From: Macrostomum hystrix
Lineage: Eukaryota > Animalia > Platyhelminthes
Length of the DNA stretch: 64,000 bases
Assembly: GCA_950097015.1 (NCBI GenBank)
Contig: CATNEN010000029.1
Coordinates: 4,402,001-4,466,000 of the forward strand
Direction: 5' to 3'
The number at the start of each line of letters is the position of its first letter. Positions within the stretch are counted from its first letter, which is position 1. The notes below the pieces were generated by a model that was not told the origin of the DNA, did no database searches, and saw only the letters and a program-made list of their open reading frames with translations. Both the position numbers and the translations under genes were made by a program. Positions 24,701 through 36,600 of the stretch are shown piece by piece.

Positions 24701-27700
24701 CAGATCCATCTACACTCAGATCCCAACACTCAGATCCATCTACACTCAGATCCATCTACACTCAGATCCATCTACACTCAGATCCCAACACTCAGATCCC
24801 AACACTCAGATCCCAACACTCAGATCCCAACACTCAGATCCCAACACTCAGATCCCAACACTCAGATCCCAACACTCAGATCCCAACACTCAGATCCCAA
24901 CACTCAGATCCCAACACTCAGATACATCTACACTCTCTATTCTTAGATCCCTAACCGGGAGGTCGTCAGTTCGAATCTCGGTCTAGGAAGAAGCCGTTTA
25001 TGTAACTGAGAAAGATAGCTTGATTCCTAATTGCTTGAGTTCTACCAGCTGTAAAATGTTAGCCAGGCTGAAAATTTTGGTGGGTTGTGACGGCCTCTAG
25101 GGAACTTGAACTTGAAACAGAGGATCCCGAGAAAATTGTACATCCTGATTGCTTCAATTCCCAAGCTAATGTACATAAAAAAGGGAAACCCGAATTATCA
25201 TCTATTAGAAAAGAGATTCCGACTGCATGCACATCTGTTGGAAAGGGAATCCCGAAGTTTATGTACATTTGCTTTAGAAGGGAATCCCAAAGTTAGACTA
25301 TACGCGACCGGCGAGCGCCAGTACAGCCGCACTCAGAACCTCTCAACCCCGTCTAGTTGAGGTGGGGTTGGTGCAACCAGCGAGCCGAATCGCTAAGCCG
25401 GGTGGGTTTTGTGAAGTCTGTCACGCCACCTCTTCACACCTCCCTACTAGGCCCCTCTTTCCTGCGCTGGTTGCAAGTATAAATATGCGCGCAATGCAGC
25501 GCTAAATATTCGCGGCCACATGTACATTGGTTTGGAAGGGAATCCCAAAGCGAATGTACATTAGTTTGCAAGGGAATCCCAAAGTTAATGTACATTGGTT
25601 TGGAAGGGAATCCCAAAGTTAATGCTAAAGTTATTTCAACTTAAATTTTATAAGTTCAAATTCAGTCAGGGGAGCGGAATTCGCACCTTCTCAAAGCAGG
25701 AGCGCACCGAGGCAGCCACGTCACCACCACCGAAGGCTGCCGCCTCGCCAAGCTGCCTGGGCAGCTGAAGGCAGTCGCGGAGAAGCCGGCCCAGCTGCGC
25801 CTCGCTGGCCAACCCGGCGGCATCGCCGACTTCGCCAGCCTCGGCCGCCGCCGAGAACAGGCAGCGGTATTTCTCCTCAAGGCCGGCGGCGCACATCAGG
25901 GTCAGGGCGGCGCGCAGTCCCGAGGCGGGCACGAGGCCGCGCCGGCCCGGATCGAAGGCGTTCAGCAGCCAGTTGAGACTGATGTCGATGAGGCGAGCCT
26001 CCGCCGATCTGTCGGCCGTGCGCGGGCGGCAGCGGGCGTACAAGCCGGCCAGGCAGCTCGTCACCTGCGCAATGAAATTAGTTCTCCACTTAGTTCTCCA
26101 TTCGAATGGTTATTCGAATTCGCCAAGACACAGTGAGAGTGTACACTGGCTGACGATGAGAGAGTCAGGGTAGTTGTACACACTTTTGTGCGGATGTCCC
26201 AAATTAAGCATCAGTGCCCGCAGACTTCACTGTAAATTCTCATTTTTTTCACTACTTAAGCATAGAAACAATAAAATTAGCTGACTCACGACTGAGTGCT
26301 TCGCCCCAAAATCCCATAGTGGAATCTTCGCCCCAAAATCCCAAAGTGGGATCTTCGCCCCAAAATCCCAAAGTGGGATCTTCGCCCCACAAACCAAAGT
26401 GGGATCTTCGCTCTAACACCCCAAAGTGGGATCTTCGCCCCACATCCCAAAGTGGGATCTTCGCCCCACATCCCAAAGTGTGATCTTCGATCCCACCGGC
26501 TCAAGCAGCAGTGCCGAACCAACCTGTCCGGCGTCAAGTTCGGCCGCTCCGCAGCCGACTCCTCGATCGCGCAGAACCTCCAGCGCTACGCCAAGCGAGA
26601 CGCAGTCCAATCGCAGAAGCCGCTGCAGCCTGAGCAGCTTCGCCGCTGTCCGGTAGGCCGAGTAGCGGACGCTGTTCAGCTCGTCTAGGCGACGCACCAG
26701 CTCTGGCATGTCCGGATGATCCCAGCTAGTCTGCCCGGTGTCAGAGTTTCGATAGTAGGGAGCCCGTCCAGCAGCCTGGTGAATACAGCGCTGCCACGGA
26801 GGCGAGACGCTGCCTAGAACGGATGGGTGTTGCTGCTGTTGCTGCTGTTGTTGCTGCTGTTGCTGCTGTTGCTGCTGTTGAAGTAGTAGTTGCTGCTGCT
26901 GATGCAGCGGAGTTGCAGTCTGGTTGACATTCTTATGCTGCTGCTCCTGCTGCAGCATTGACCTCTGCTGATACTGTTGAATCAGCTGAAGCTGCTGATA
27001 TCTTCGACTCTCCTCATCGGCGTCTTCCCCTTCATCAATTCTCGCCTCTTCTTCAGCTTCTTGCGTTTCGATTCCAGTGTCTTCCTCATCAAGGGCCCCA
27101 GCAGCAGCCGCCGAGGAGTTGATTGTCGACGAAATAAGCTCGCGACCACGACGTCGCAGCTCCGTGAGGCGGTTGAGCAGCGAGTGAGTCAGCAACAGCC
27201 GATCGGCCTCCATCTGTCCCGCCTGCTGCTCCATTGCTGACAGTGCTGCCTGGGCAGCCTCCTGCAGGTCGTTCTAGAGTAATTTTTAAGCAAAAATATC
27301 TTAAACTACTGAGTTTATGTAAAACATACTACTTAGCAAGTAGAATGTCGCTGTGCATTGCACGCATCTTTTCTCACCGGTCCACGCGAGTTATTCTTCT
27401 CTGCCGCTTTTAGTGCCTCGCCAGCGATCGCCATCAGTCGTTCAAGCCGCTCCAGCTGACGCTGCGCCACCGTCAGCGAGGTCTCCAGCTCGGCGCAGCG
27501 GGCGCCAGCCTCCAGCCACCGCCGGCGCAGCTGATGAGCAACACGACGCAGCCGGCGGGCTGACCGGCTGACACTGCCACTGCCTGCGCCGGTGCTGCCC
27601 AGACCACTGACGTCCCCAACGCTGCCGCCGCTGTCGTCTGATTCTCCGGCATAGCCGCCGCTGCCACCAGCGCTGGCACCAGCGGCTCGCAACAGCCTGT

Positions 27701-29810
27701 CGGCGTCGTCCAACGCTGATTCAATCTCCGGACGCCGATGACGCAACTCTTCGGCCAGCCTCGTGTGCTCCGCCACCTGCTGGGCGGCCGTCTCGGCGTC
27801 GCCGCCGATCAGCAGCTGCCACTGACGCATGCGGGAGTCGGCTCCAGCCAGCCAGTCGGCCTGGGCCTTCAGCCGGCCGAGCAGTTCTGACAAGGCCTCG
27901 CGTCCGCGCTCAATACGGCGTCGCAGGGCCAGCGATTCTTCGCCGAGACGTTCCCAGCGATGACCCGCGTTTGCTAATCGTTCGGCGATGGCGCCACCAG
28001 ATAGTGGCAGCGCGGGAAGTGCTGGAACCGGCTCAGAGGCCAGCAGATCCGCGTCAGCGTCCAGAGCCTGCGGTTTGGTTGGTTGGTTGGTTGGTTGGTT
28101 GGTTGGTTGGTTGGTTGGTTGGTTGGTTGGTTGGTTGGTTGGTTGGTTGGTTGGTTGGTTGGTTGGTTGGTTGGTTGGTTGGTTGGTTGGTTGGTTGGTT
28201 GGTTGGTTGGTTGGTTGGTTGGTTGGTTGCTGGCTTGCTTCCTTTTCCGTGCCTTTTCAAAATAGAATTTTTATCCAACACAAAAGTATTCTGTGGTGAT
28301 TTCAAGATGACAAAGTCTTATTTGATTATCAAACAATGAATAATTTGATCATCAACGGCTCTGATTGCTAACTATTCTCGCACCGACTCCCTTATAACGA
28401 AGACTTCAATGTTATTCTCGATTAGTGTCAACAGCTGTGTCTAAAATTAAATTATCTTCGAAAATAATTCATTCTCGTCTCACTTTCTGTTCTATCATTT
28501 CGGTTTTTGCAAACACAGAACTTGTCGAGACCAACTAATACAGCCAGATATATTTCATAGAGCAATTGCTGACATAGATTACATAGCCTGCTGACATTCA
28601 ACTGAGAGAGCGTGACGGTCTCGGGACTGCGCTTTCGAAAGTGTCGTCAGTTCGTCTACCTCGATGGAATGAGCGACAACCTTGCGAGACGGCGTGGCAA
28701 GGCATGTGCCGGCCTTCGACCAGTGCGGACTCAGGTCACAATTGTTCCAGGCGGTTGGGGAGACCGCCCTGGTATTGCACAATGCTGAGACCTGTACGCT
28801 GATGTAGGCGCTCGAGGAACAGACGCGGCGCATGCGGCGGTGACTGCCGGGGCCATAGCAGCGAGACGTCTCCATCTACAAGCCAGCGAGCCTGACGCGA
28901 CCTTCTGTGCTGCTTGGGGCAGCTTTGCCTGCGGCTGGCTGGACACATCATCAGGGCGAAATCCTACTGCCCGAAGCCCGAATATTTGTGATAATTCGTA
29001 TGATAATTATTTTTTTCTGGTTACTCGCAAATTCGTAATTTAGTTTCTAAGATTTCTAAAATTTGAAGGAGTTCTGAACGAGCTACAGTCAGGTCGTTCA
29101 GGTTTCAGATTGAGATTGAGTTGTTTTGTCTGCAGCGAATGAAAACTAGAAAATATTATAACCAGCAAGTATCAGCAGTTGCGTGATTTCGAGTAAGAAA
29201 TTTGCCAGGTCACGCACAGATTCCACATTGATGCTCTCAGCTCGCTGAAGCTTTCTTCCCTTGCGAAGCATTTAACGTCCAAAAGCCGTAGCAGAGGGCA
29301 AGATGCGTCAATTATTGATGAAGAAGCCACTCAGAGTTATTGACTTCGAGATACGAATAGTGTCAGCTGGTTAATACTGCTCGACCTTCTAAGCTTGTCT
29401 TGCAATCTAGGCTGGGGAAAGACTAAGCCGGAGAAGCTTAGACGAGAAAGATTCTGCTTTTATTCGCATAGAGACTGACTTCATCCACTTCTATTGGCTG
29501 TTACTGGGCAGTCCTTTCTCTGCCGCTCCAGTTGCTAGTTTCTTATAGTCTTAGAACTACGAGCTCGTACAATGGCTTAGGATAATAGAGAGTAATTGAA
29601 ATCTAGAAAGCGGCTAAAAATGTGTCACCTTGAGCAGTGAGGCCGCCTGTCGCAGGTCTTCCTCTGTGAGCAGTTCGGCTGGCAGAGCTGCCAGCGCCGT
29701 CTCCCAGTGAGTCGCCCGAGTCTCCATGCGCTCCAGTCGAGCCAGAAGCTCAGGTCGGATTGGCTGCTGCTGCTGCTGCTGCTGCTTCTGTATTTGTTGC
29801 TGATGTAGAA

Positions 29811-29841
<31 letters not shown>

Positions 29842-30578
29842 CTGTATTTGTTGCTGATGTAGAAGCTGCTGCTGCTGCTGCTGATTCAAGTTTTCAGCTG
29901 TGTTCTACAAAACATTAGAGAGCTTCTTATTTGTCGATGAAAATATACATCTCGGCACGTCAGTTACAAACTATATTTCGACACGCATTTTTCGACGCAT
30001 TACAGGCCTGTGATCGTAAAATTTTTAACCACACCGATAATGACAGACTAAAATAATACAATGATTTTACGAAAAGTTAGCAACCATTGTAATCTGCTCG
30101 ACTTTGAGTACTTTGCTTCTTCAGTTAAACTTCTCGATTGATACTTACCGTGCTGTTAAGCTTTTGTTGCTGCTGTATCAATTTCTGTTGACTATCATTT
30201 TGATTTTGCTGTAATTGCTGTTGCTGTTTATAGGGCTGCTGCTGCTGCTGCTCTCTTTGCTGATTCGTTGCAAGCACCTGAAGACAAGGTGTAAACATAA
30301 CTTAAAAGCAATTAAACGAGAACTCAATTAACGGTTCCCTCCTCTCCTCTCCTCTCCTCTCCTCTCCTCTCCTCTCCTCTCCTCTCCTCTCCTCTCCTCT
30401 CCTCTCCTCTCCTCTCCTCTCCTCTCCTCTCCTCTCCTCTTCTTTCTTCGTCTCATCTCATTTAATTTTTTTCTCATTCTCACTGTTTCCTGTAGCTGAA
30501 TTGTGTCCTCTGGTAGCTGCTGCCTCAGTTCCATAGAGTCGGCTTTGTCCTCTTTTGGCTGCGGCTTCGGCAACTTCA

Positions 30579-30612
<34 letters not shown>

Positions 30613-33600
30613 AGCCATCGTCGACTTGCGCGGCGCCGTCAAAGTCCGTGAATTCAACTCGCAGCTGGTCTGTCTGGCAAATGCCTGCGACTGAGCCGCC
30701 TCAGCAGCTGTCTCGCTGACTCGTCGAGGCCTTGTCTGATTCCGTCTAACCGTCAGCTGTCGTTCTAGCGCATCTAGACGTTCGTCGAGCGCTGCGTCCT
30801 CGGCGCTGAGCTGCTCGCGCAGTCGGCGGCCATCCTCGATGGCTGCGAGTAGCTGGGCTTCCCTATCAGCGGCGTCCAGCTCCCCCTCACCATCCTGAAT
30901 GCCATCGTCGTCAACCTGCAGTTGCCTGCAGCGCTGCTCCCAATGGCGAAGCTGCTCCATCTGGGCGGCGTTGGCGGCCGCCTCTTCGGCTTCGAGCCGC
31001 TGGCGTCGCAAGTTCAGCTCCGACTCGGCCGCCTCCCATCGGGCTGCCGCTGCCGCCACTGATTTTTTTGCATGGGATTTGAAGGGAAATTGTCTGATAA
31101 TGAAGTGTCTAAACAGTCAAAATATACTACTAAAGTAGTGACACAGGAGCTCAATGAAATTAAGTTGTTGCGCCTTCTCACTATCAATACTCTATGCGGT
31201 GTTTTCCCCTCATTTTCTCCCCGCCTACGCGCTCTCGTCTCACCGACCTTCTGTCTTTAGGCCGACTCGAGCAGAACTCCAGTGCGCTGTGCAAGTGAAA
31301 ACTTATTTTCAGAAATAGATGGAAGCCTGCATGCGGGAATCGATTTCGACTCACTCTGTCTCTCGTCCCAATACCCTCACCTAAAGTCCTTGGGCTCACC
31401 TCTCTCTTCCACTCTCTGCTCAACTCTCTGCATACTAGATGCTCTTCAGGATCAGATTTCTATGATCCCAAACGGCGAAATGAAAAACATGGAGTTTCAC
31501 ATGGCGGGTGTTCAAGAGACTTTTGAATACGGAAATCACATCACACCTACTAAGCTAAAGTGTTGACACTTTAAAATCTGTCTTTCATTAAAAATGGCAG
31601 CATTTTACTGTTAAAAGCTACAATGGGTTTCCGATGGATGTTATGTTAAACTATTAGTACGAGCTATACTGTGAAATTTTCATCCGAAAGTATGAAAATA
31701 TCATGTTACAATATAAAAAACTATAATTCATGCATTTTTACAGTTTCACAGAAGTTTCACAACATTCAGAATAGTGAAAATAAGTTTTTCTAAACTGCCG
31801 ATTTCCTCCGAAGGAGCTGAGTTCAGATCGAAACGACAAAATCTTGAGCACATTAATCCATCAGTGTTGTCAAGTAACCAAAAAGCCCCCGCCGAGCGAC
31901 AAGCAGAATTACAGATCATTACTACGAGATCTGTCACTCGTAAGTACATTCTATTAAGTCTACGAACTTGGATTGTCAACGTGAAAATAATGCTAGTCAA
32001 GGAAGAAATTCAGGCAGGCATTCAGCGAAGGCTAAAAAAACTGAAATCCTTCAGAAAGCGTTCACATTCAGCTTGAATTACAGCTCCTCTGGTAAGAATA
32101 AAATATTCAGCAACTCACCTTCCACGTCTAAGTGAAGATGAAGATGCTGTGGGCTGGAGTATAGGAAGTAAGATGGAGAGAAGGCGGGGTCGATAATGAT
32201 GACAAGGATGCGCCAGTCACGCAACGCATCCTGCACTTTGTCTTCACTTTTCTATATCTTCGCTTTGTCTATTTTCTTAGTTTTTGCGATTGAGTATGCC
32301 ATATTTCGACATCTCAAATATGGCTAGTTCTCTGGGTTACTGACCTGTCGTTTCTACGATCTAAGGTTTTTTAGCATACGCTCGTAATTCCCTCTCTCTC
32401 TTCCGAAGCTCTTCACTCTTTATTTCGTTCCAATATAGAGACTCTCTTATACGTGTTACTTAAGCATTATTTCACTTTTCATTACGAGCTATTTCACTAG
32501 CAGTCAAAAGTGGCTACAGCGTCGGACTCATGACTTGAAGGTCGGGGGTTCGATTCCTGACTGCAATGGAACAAGTTGTGTCCTTAAGCATCAGCTGAGG
32601 TAATTAAGGGTGGGTGTGGCGTCCCCCCAGTCCATGGACTGAACAGCCGTACGCAGCCTTCAGATGCGCCGCGCAATAGCTGCGGCTGCGCTGTCGGCTG
32701 CACACCTGACCCAATTGGGGCAGGTGTAACCAATTATTTAAAAAAATTGTTTTACTTGATTTAGACACTTTAGTGGAGGATCAGACAGAAACAAACTTAT
32801 ATTCAAACGTGTACTCTAAAAACTTCAAGCAAGCTCATGTTATTTATAGTGCTTTACTAAAATTTGAGCAGATTTTTTAAGATCTCAACGATCGATCGAT
32901 CGATCGACCAGCAGCTTGTTCTAAACTTTGAAAAGCCAGAATCTCAACTTAGCCAAATTTGTTTAAAAAAAGAGCTCTAATGAAATATGCATCCGGACCT
33001 GTTTAAGGGCAAACGCGGGGGCAGTGCAAACACGTACTGAGGCCTTGCCGCGGCTAGCAACTCAAAATCTACTGGACCAAAATCTGCCCCAATCTTCCCA
33101 AACTCACCGCAGTCTGGCTGGACTGAGCAGAACTGCTCACACTGACTGGGAGAAGTGCAGCTTATGGGGAGACAGGGAGAGGGTAGAGAAGCGGCTCAAC
33201 GATTGACTAATTGAGTTTGTGGCGGCCAGTTCCGAGCACAATCAGCCTTATTTGGTATGCGGAAATAAATGAACATGCTGGCGTGAATGGCGGCCCATAC
33301 TTTAACTGGACACTGGATAACATTTCGGGACACTTTGTTAGAAAATATTAAAGCAGAACTTTTTTAAGCACGAGAAAGGTTCAACTGATTTATCAATACC
33401 TTTAGGCAAATGTGAAAGTTTGAGAACTGTGAAACTGTGAGAATAGTGAAACTGTGAGAACTGTGAAACTGTGAGAACTGTGAGAACTGTGAGAACTGTG
33501 AGAACTGTGAAACTGTGAGAATAGTGAAACTGTGAGAACTGTGAAACTGTGAGAACTGTGAAACTGTGAGAACTGTGAAACTGTGAGAACTGTGAAACTG

Positions 33601-36600
33601 TGAGAATTGTGAAACTGTGAGAACTGTGAAACTGTGAGAACTGTGAAACTGTGAGAACTGTGAAACTGTGAGAACTGTGAAACTGTGAGAACTGTGAAAC
33701 TGTGAGAACTGTGAGAACTGTGAGAACTGTGAAACTGTGAGAATTGTGAAACTGTGAGAACTGTGAAACTGTGAGAACTGTGAAACTGTGAGAACTGTGA
33801 AACTGTGAGAACTGTGAAACTGTGAGAATTGTGAAACTGTGAGAGTTGTGAAGCTGTGAGAATTGTGAAACTGTGAGAATTCTGAAACTGTGAGAACTGT
33901 GAAACTGTGAGAACTGTGAAACTGTGAAACTGTGAGAACTGTGAAACTGTGAGAACTGTGAAACTGTGAGAATAGTGAAACTGTGAGAACTGTGAAACTG
34001 TGAGAATAGTGAAACTGTGAGAATAGTGAAACTGTGAGAACTGTGAAACTGTGAAACTGTGAAACTGTGAGAACTGTGAAACTGTGAAACTGTGAAACTG
34101 TGAGAAATGTGAAACTGTGAGAATAGTGAAATACTGTGAGAAATCTTTCACGGTATGTCGACGATGTTTTGAGCACTTTTATAGAAAGAATTCCTACTTT
34201 TATTTAGTCCATAATACCCACGAGTCCAACAAATCAATGTCAGCTGGAAGGCTGCTGCTGTTGTTGAGAGCAAAAGTGGAATTAATTGACAGTTTTGAGT
34301 TGAGCTGAGCAGCCCAGATTTCAGCATACTCATATTAGTGCAATCAACCAACTATTTGGCGTGAATAGAACTATAAGAAATTGCTATGGAAAATCTCGCC
34401 TTAATAAATATAATTTCTACAATGACAAGACAAGACAAGAAAAAAACTAAATCAATTTGACCGTCATAAAAATGCTTAGAAAGTTTGAAAGTCACGAAAA
34501 TTCAGCCAAATGAAACATTCAGTTACATGAAACATTCAGTTACATGAAACATTCAGTTACATAAAACATTCAGTTACATGAAAAATTCAGCTACATGAAA
34601 CATTCAGTTACATGAAACATTCAGCTACATGAAACATTCAGCTACATGAAACATTCAGTTACATAAAACATTCAGTTACATGAAACATTCAGCTAAATGA
34701 AACATTCAGCTACATGAAACATTCAGTTACATAAAACATTCAGTTACATGAAAAATTCAGTTACAGAAAATATCTAGCTGCTAACTTAAGTAAACATCAA
34801 GTTGTAACGAAGAAGAGTCTGTTAAATAACCGCTGACTAAAGTGGTCTCACTATACTCAATGCAGCTAAACTCACCGACCCTGCTCTCAGCATCTGCTTC
34901 ATCAGTGTCATGAGGCGATTCCGAACTCGCCAGCCCAACTGACTCGACATTCGCTTCCGCCTTCACTTCCGGCTCTTGAAGAGTGCTGTCAGCAGCCGGT
35001 GACTCCCCGTGGATGTCCTCTCGCGTCATCATCATGCCCGGACTGATCGATCTGGCTTTGGCTAGCTGCTGCTGCTGCTGCTGCTGGGAGTTGGGCTGCG
35101 GACCCACCGCAACGGGGCTTGGGTCCAGCAGTACAGCGGAATCGGCGCTCAACTGATTCAGCGGCCGTCTAGAAGTCCTCCGATCTCCCTCGCGGACAGA
35201 GAGACTGCGGCGCTGCTGCTGCTGCTGCCGCTGCAGCTGCTGCCGTCGACCAGCCTCCATCGCAGCCGGCGACGAAGGCGACAGGGCGGCCTCCACGCTG
35301 TCGAAGCTGCCGCCGCTCAGCTGTCTGAGGCGACCCGACTGGCGCGCGTTCTGAAGGCTGGGGATCTCGAACGGGATGCCACCGACACTGACGCCGCCGC
35401 TCTCGTCCAGGAAGCTGTCCTCGGCCTCTTCGCCGAACGACGATGAGCCGGCGTCCCAGTCGCCGCTGAGCACAGAGGAGGCGCGCTTGCTGAACCAGCC
35501 GGCGATGCCGCCAAGGTCAGGCAGCGGCTCGCTGGCAGCTCCGTCGCCAACGCTGTCAGCGCCGCGGACGCTGTCCGCTGCCTCGCTACCTCCGCCGTCG
35601 TCGCGGCCATCGGCCCCGCCAACTCCGACGCTGGAAACTGACGCAGCTGCTGCCGTCTCGTCGCCACTGCGAGCGTTGGCAGAGGCGGCGGCGGCGTCTT
35701 CAGCGACATCCCCGGTTGAGAATATTCTATTCAACGAAGCGGAGGAGAACGCCTTGCTGGTGGCTTGAAACACCTGGTCGAATCTGCTGCCCCAAAAAGA
35801 AGCCATCAGCTGATGCTGGCGAACAATGCGCCACTAGGCGGACAATCAGACTCACTGGTTGGCGTGCATTGGTGTACAATGCTGGTGACTAGACTATCGG
35901 CTTGTATTTTATTTATTTATATCAAACGAGCCAGACAAGCGTGGCGAGCTTCTGCTGCTCAGTCGGATTCGATACAAGAGGATTGAAAGTGGCCAGATGG
36001 GGGAGAAGGGGAGCGGAAGGGCTGAGGAGGCTGTTTTTGGGGGGGCAGCTTGGCTGCGTGAGAGGGAGATAGGAGAGGGAGAAAAAGGTCCACTGTCGCC
36101 AGGAAACTGTTTGCGGCTTTGAGTGCTTGAGACCAGAGTTTTTTTGGCGCCGCCAGCCCAGTGTCCTCCACCGCCAGTCACCCTCCAGGGCGGGCCTGAG
36201 ACTGTGGGGCGATGGGGAGGGAGGTGGGGTGGATGTATGAGTGCCCGCCAACAGTGTCAGTTCCCGTCTGTTTCTCCTATGGTTTAGGGTGGTGGGTTGG
36301 GATGTGAGAGGGAGATGGGGGGTGGAGGAGGCCCTGACCGTACCGAACAGAGTGTGGGATGAGGATTCCCTTGGGCGCTGAGCACAATGGGAATTTTGGG
36401 ATAGGCTGAGCATGGGAGTCTGCCGACGGGCTAAGTCAGGGGTTTGCCTCCAATGATCCCATTCTCCCTAGCGCACACAGTCTCTCTCGCCTTGGCACCG
36501 TTTTTACCAAACTTTGCTGCTCTGACTGCACCTCGTCAGTGACTCAGGGGACCCAATCAGACAGAAGGAGACAGACTGAGAGTTTTATTCGTGTTTTAGT

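Noticed and set aside
28579-28951. Minus-strand ORFs as dystrophin exons
   Set aside because: All frames stop, the flanking exons join in phase without them, and the plus strand shows RTE-like RT motifs.
34200-34370. Candidate exon [10 protein letters not shown]...DIDLLDSW
   Set aside because: No acceptor or donor pair in the phase required by neighbouring exons; stops upstream.
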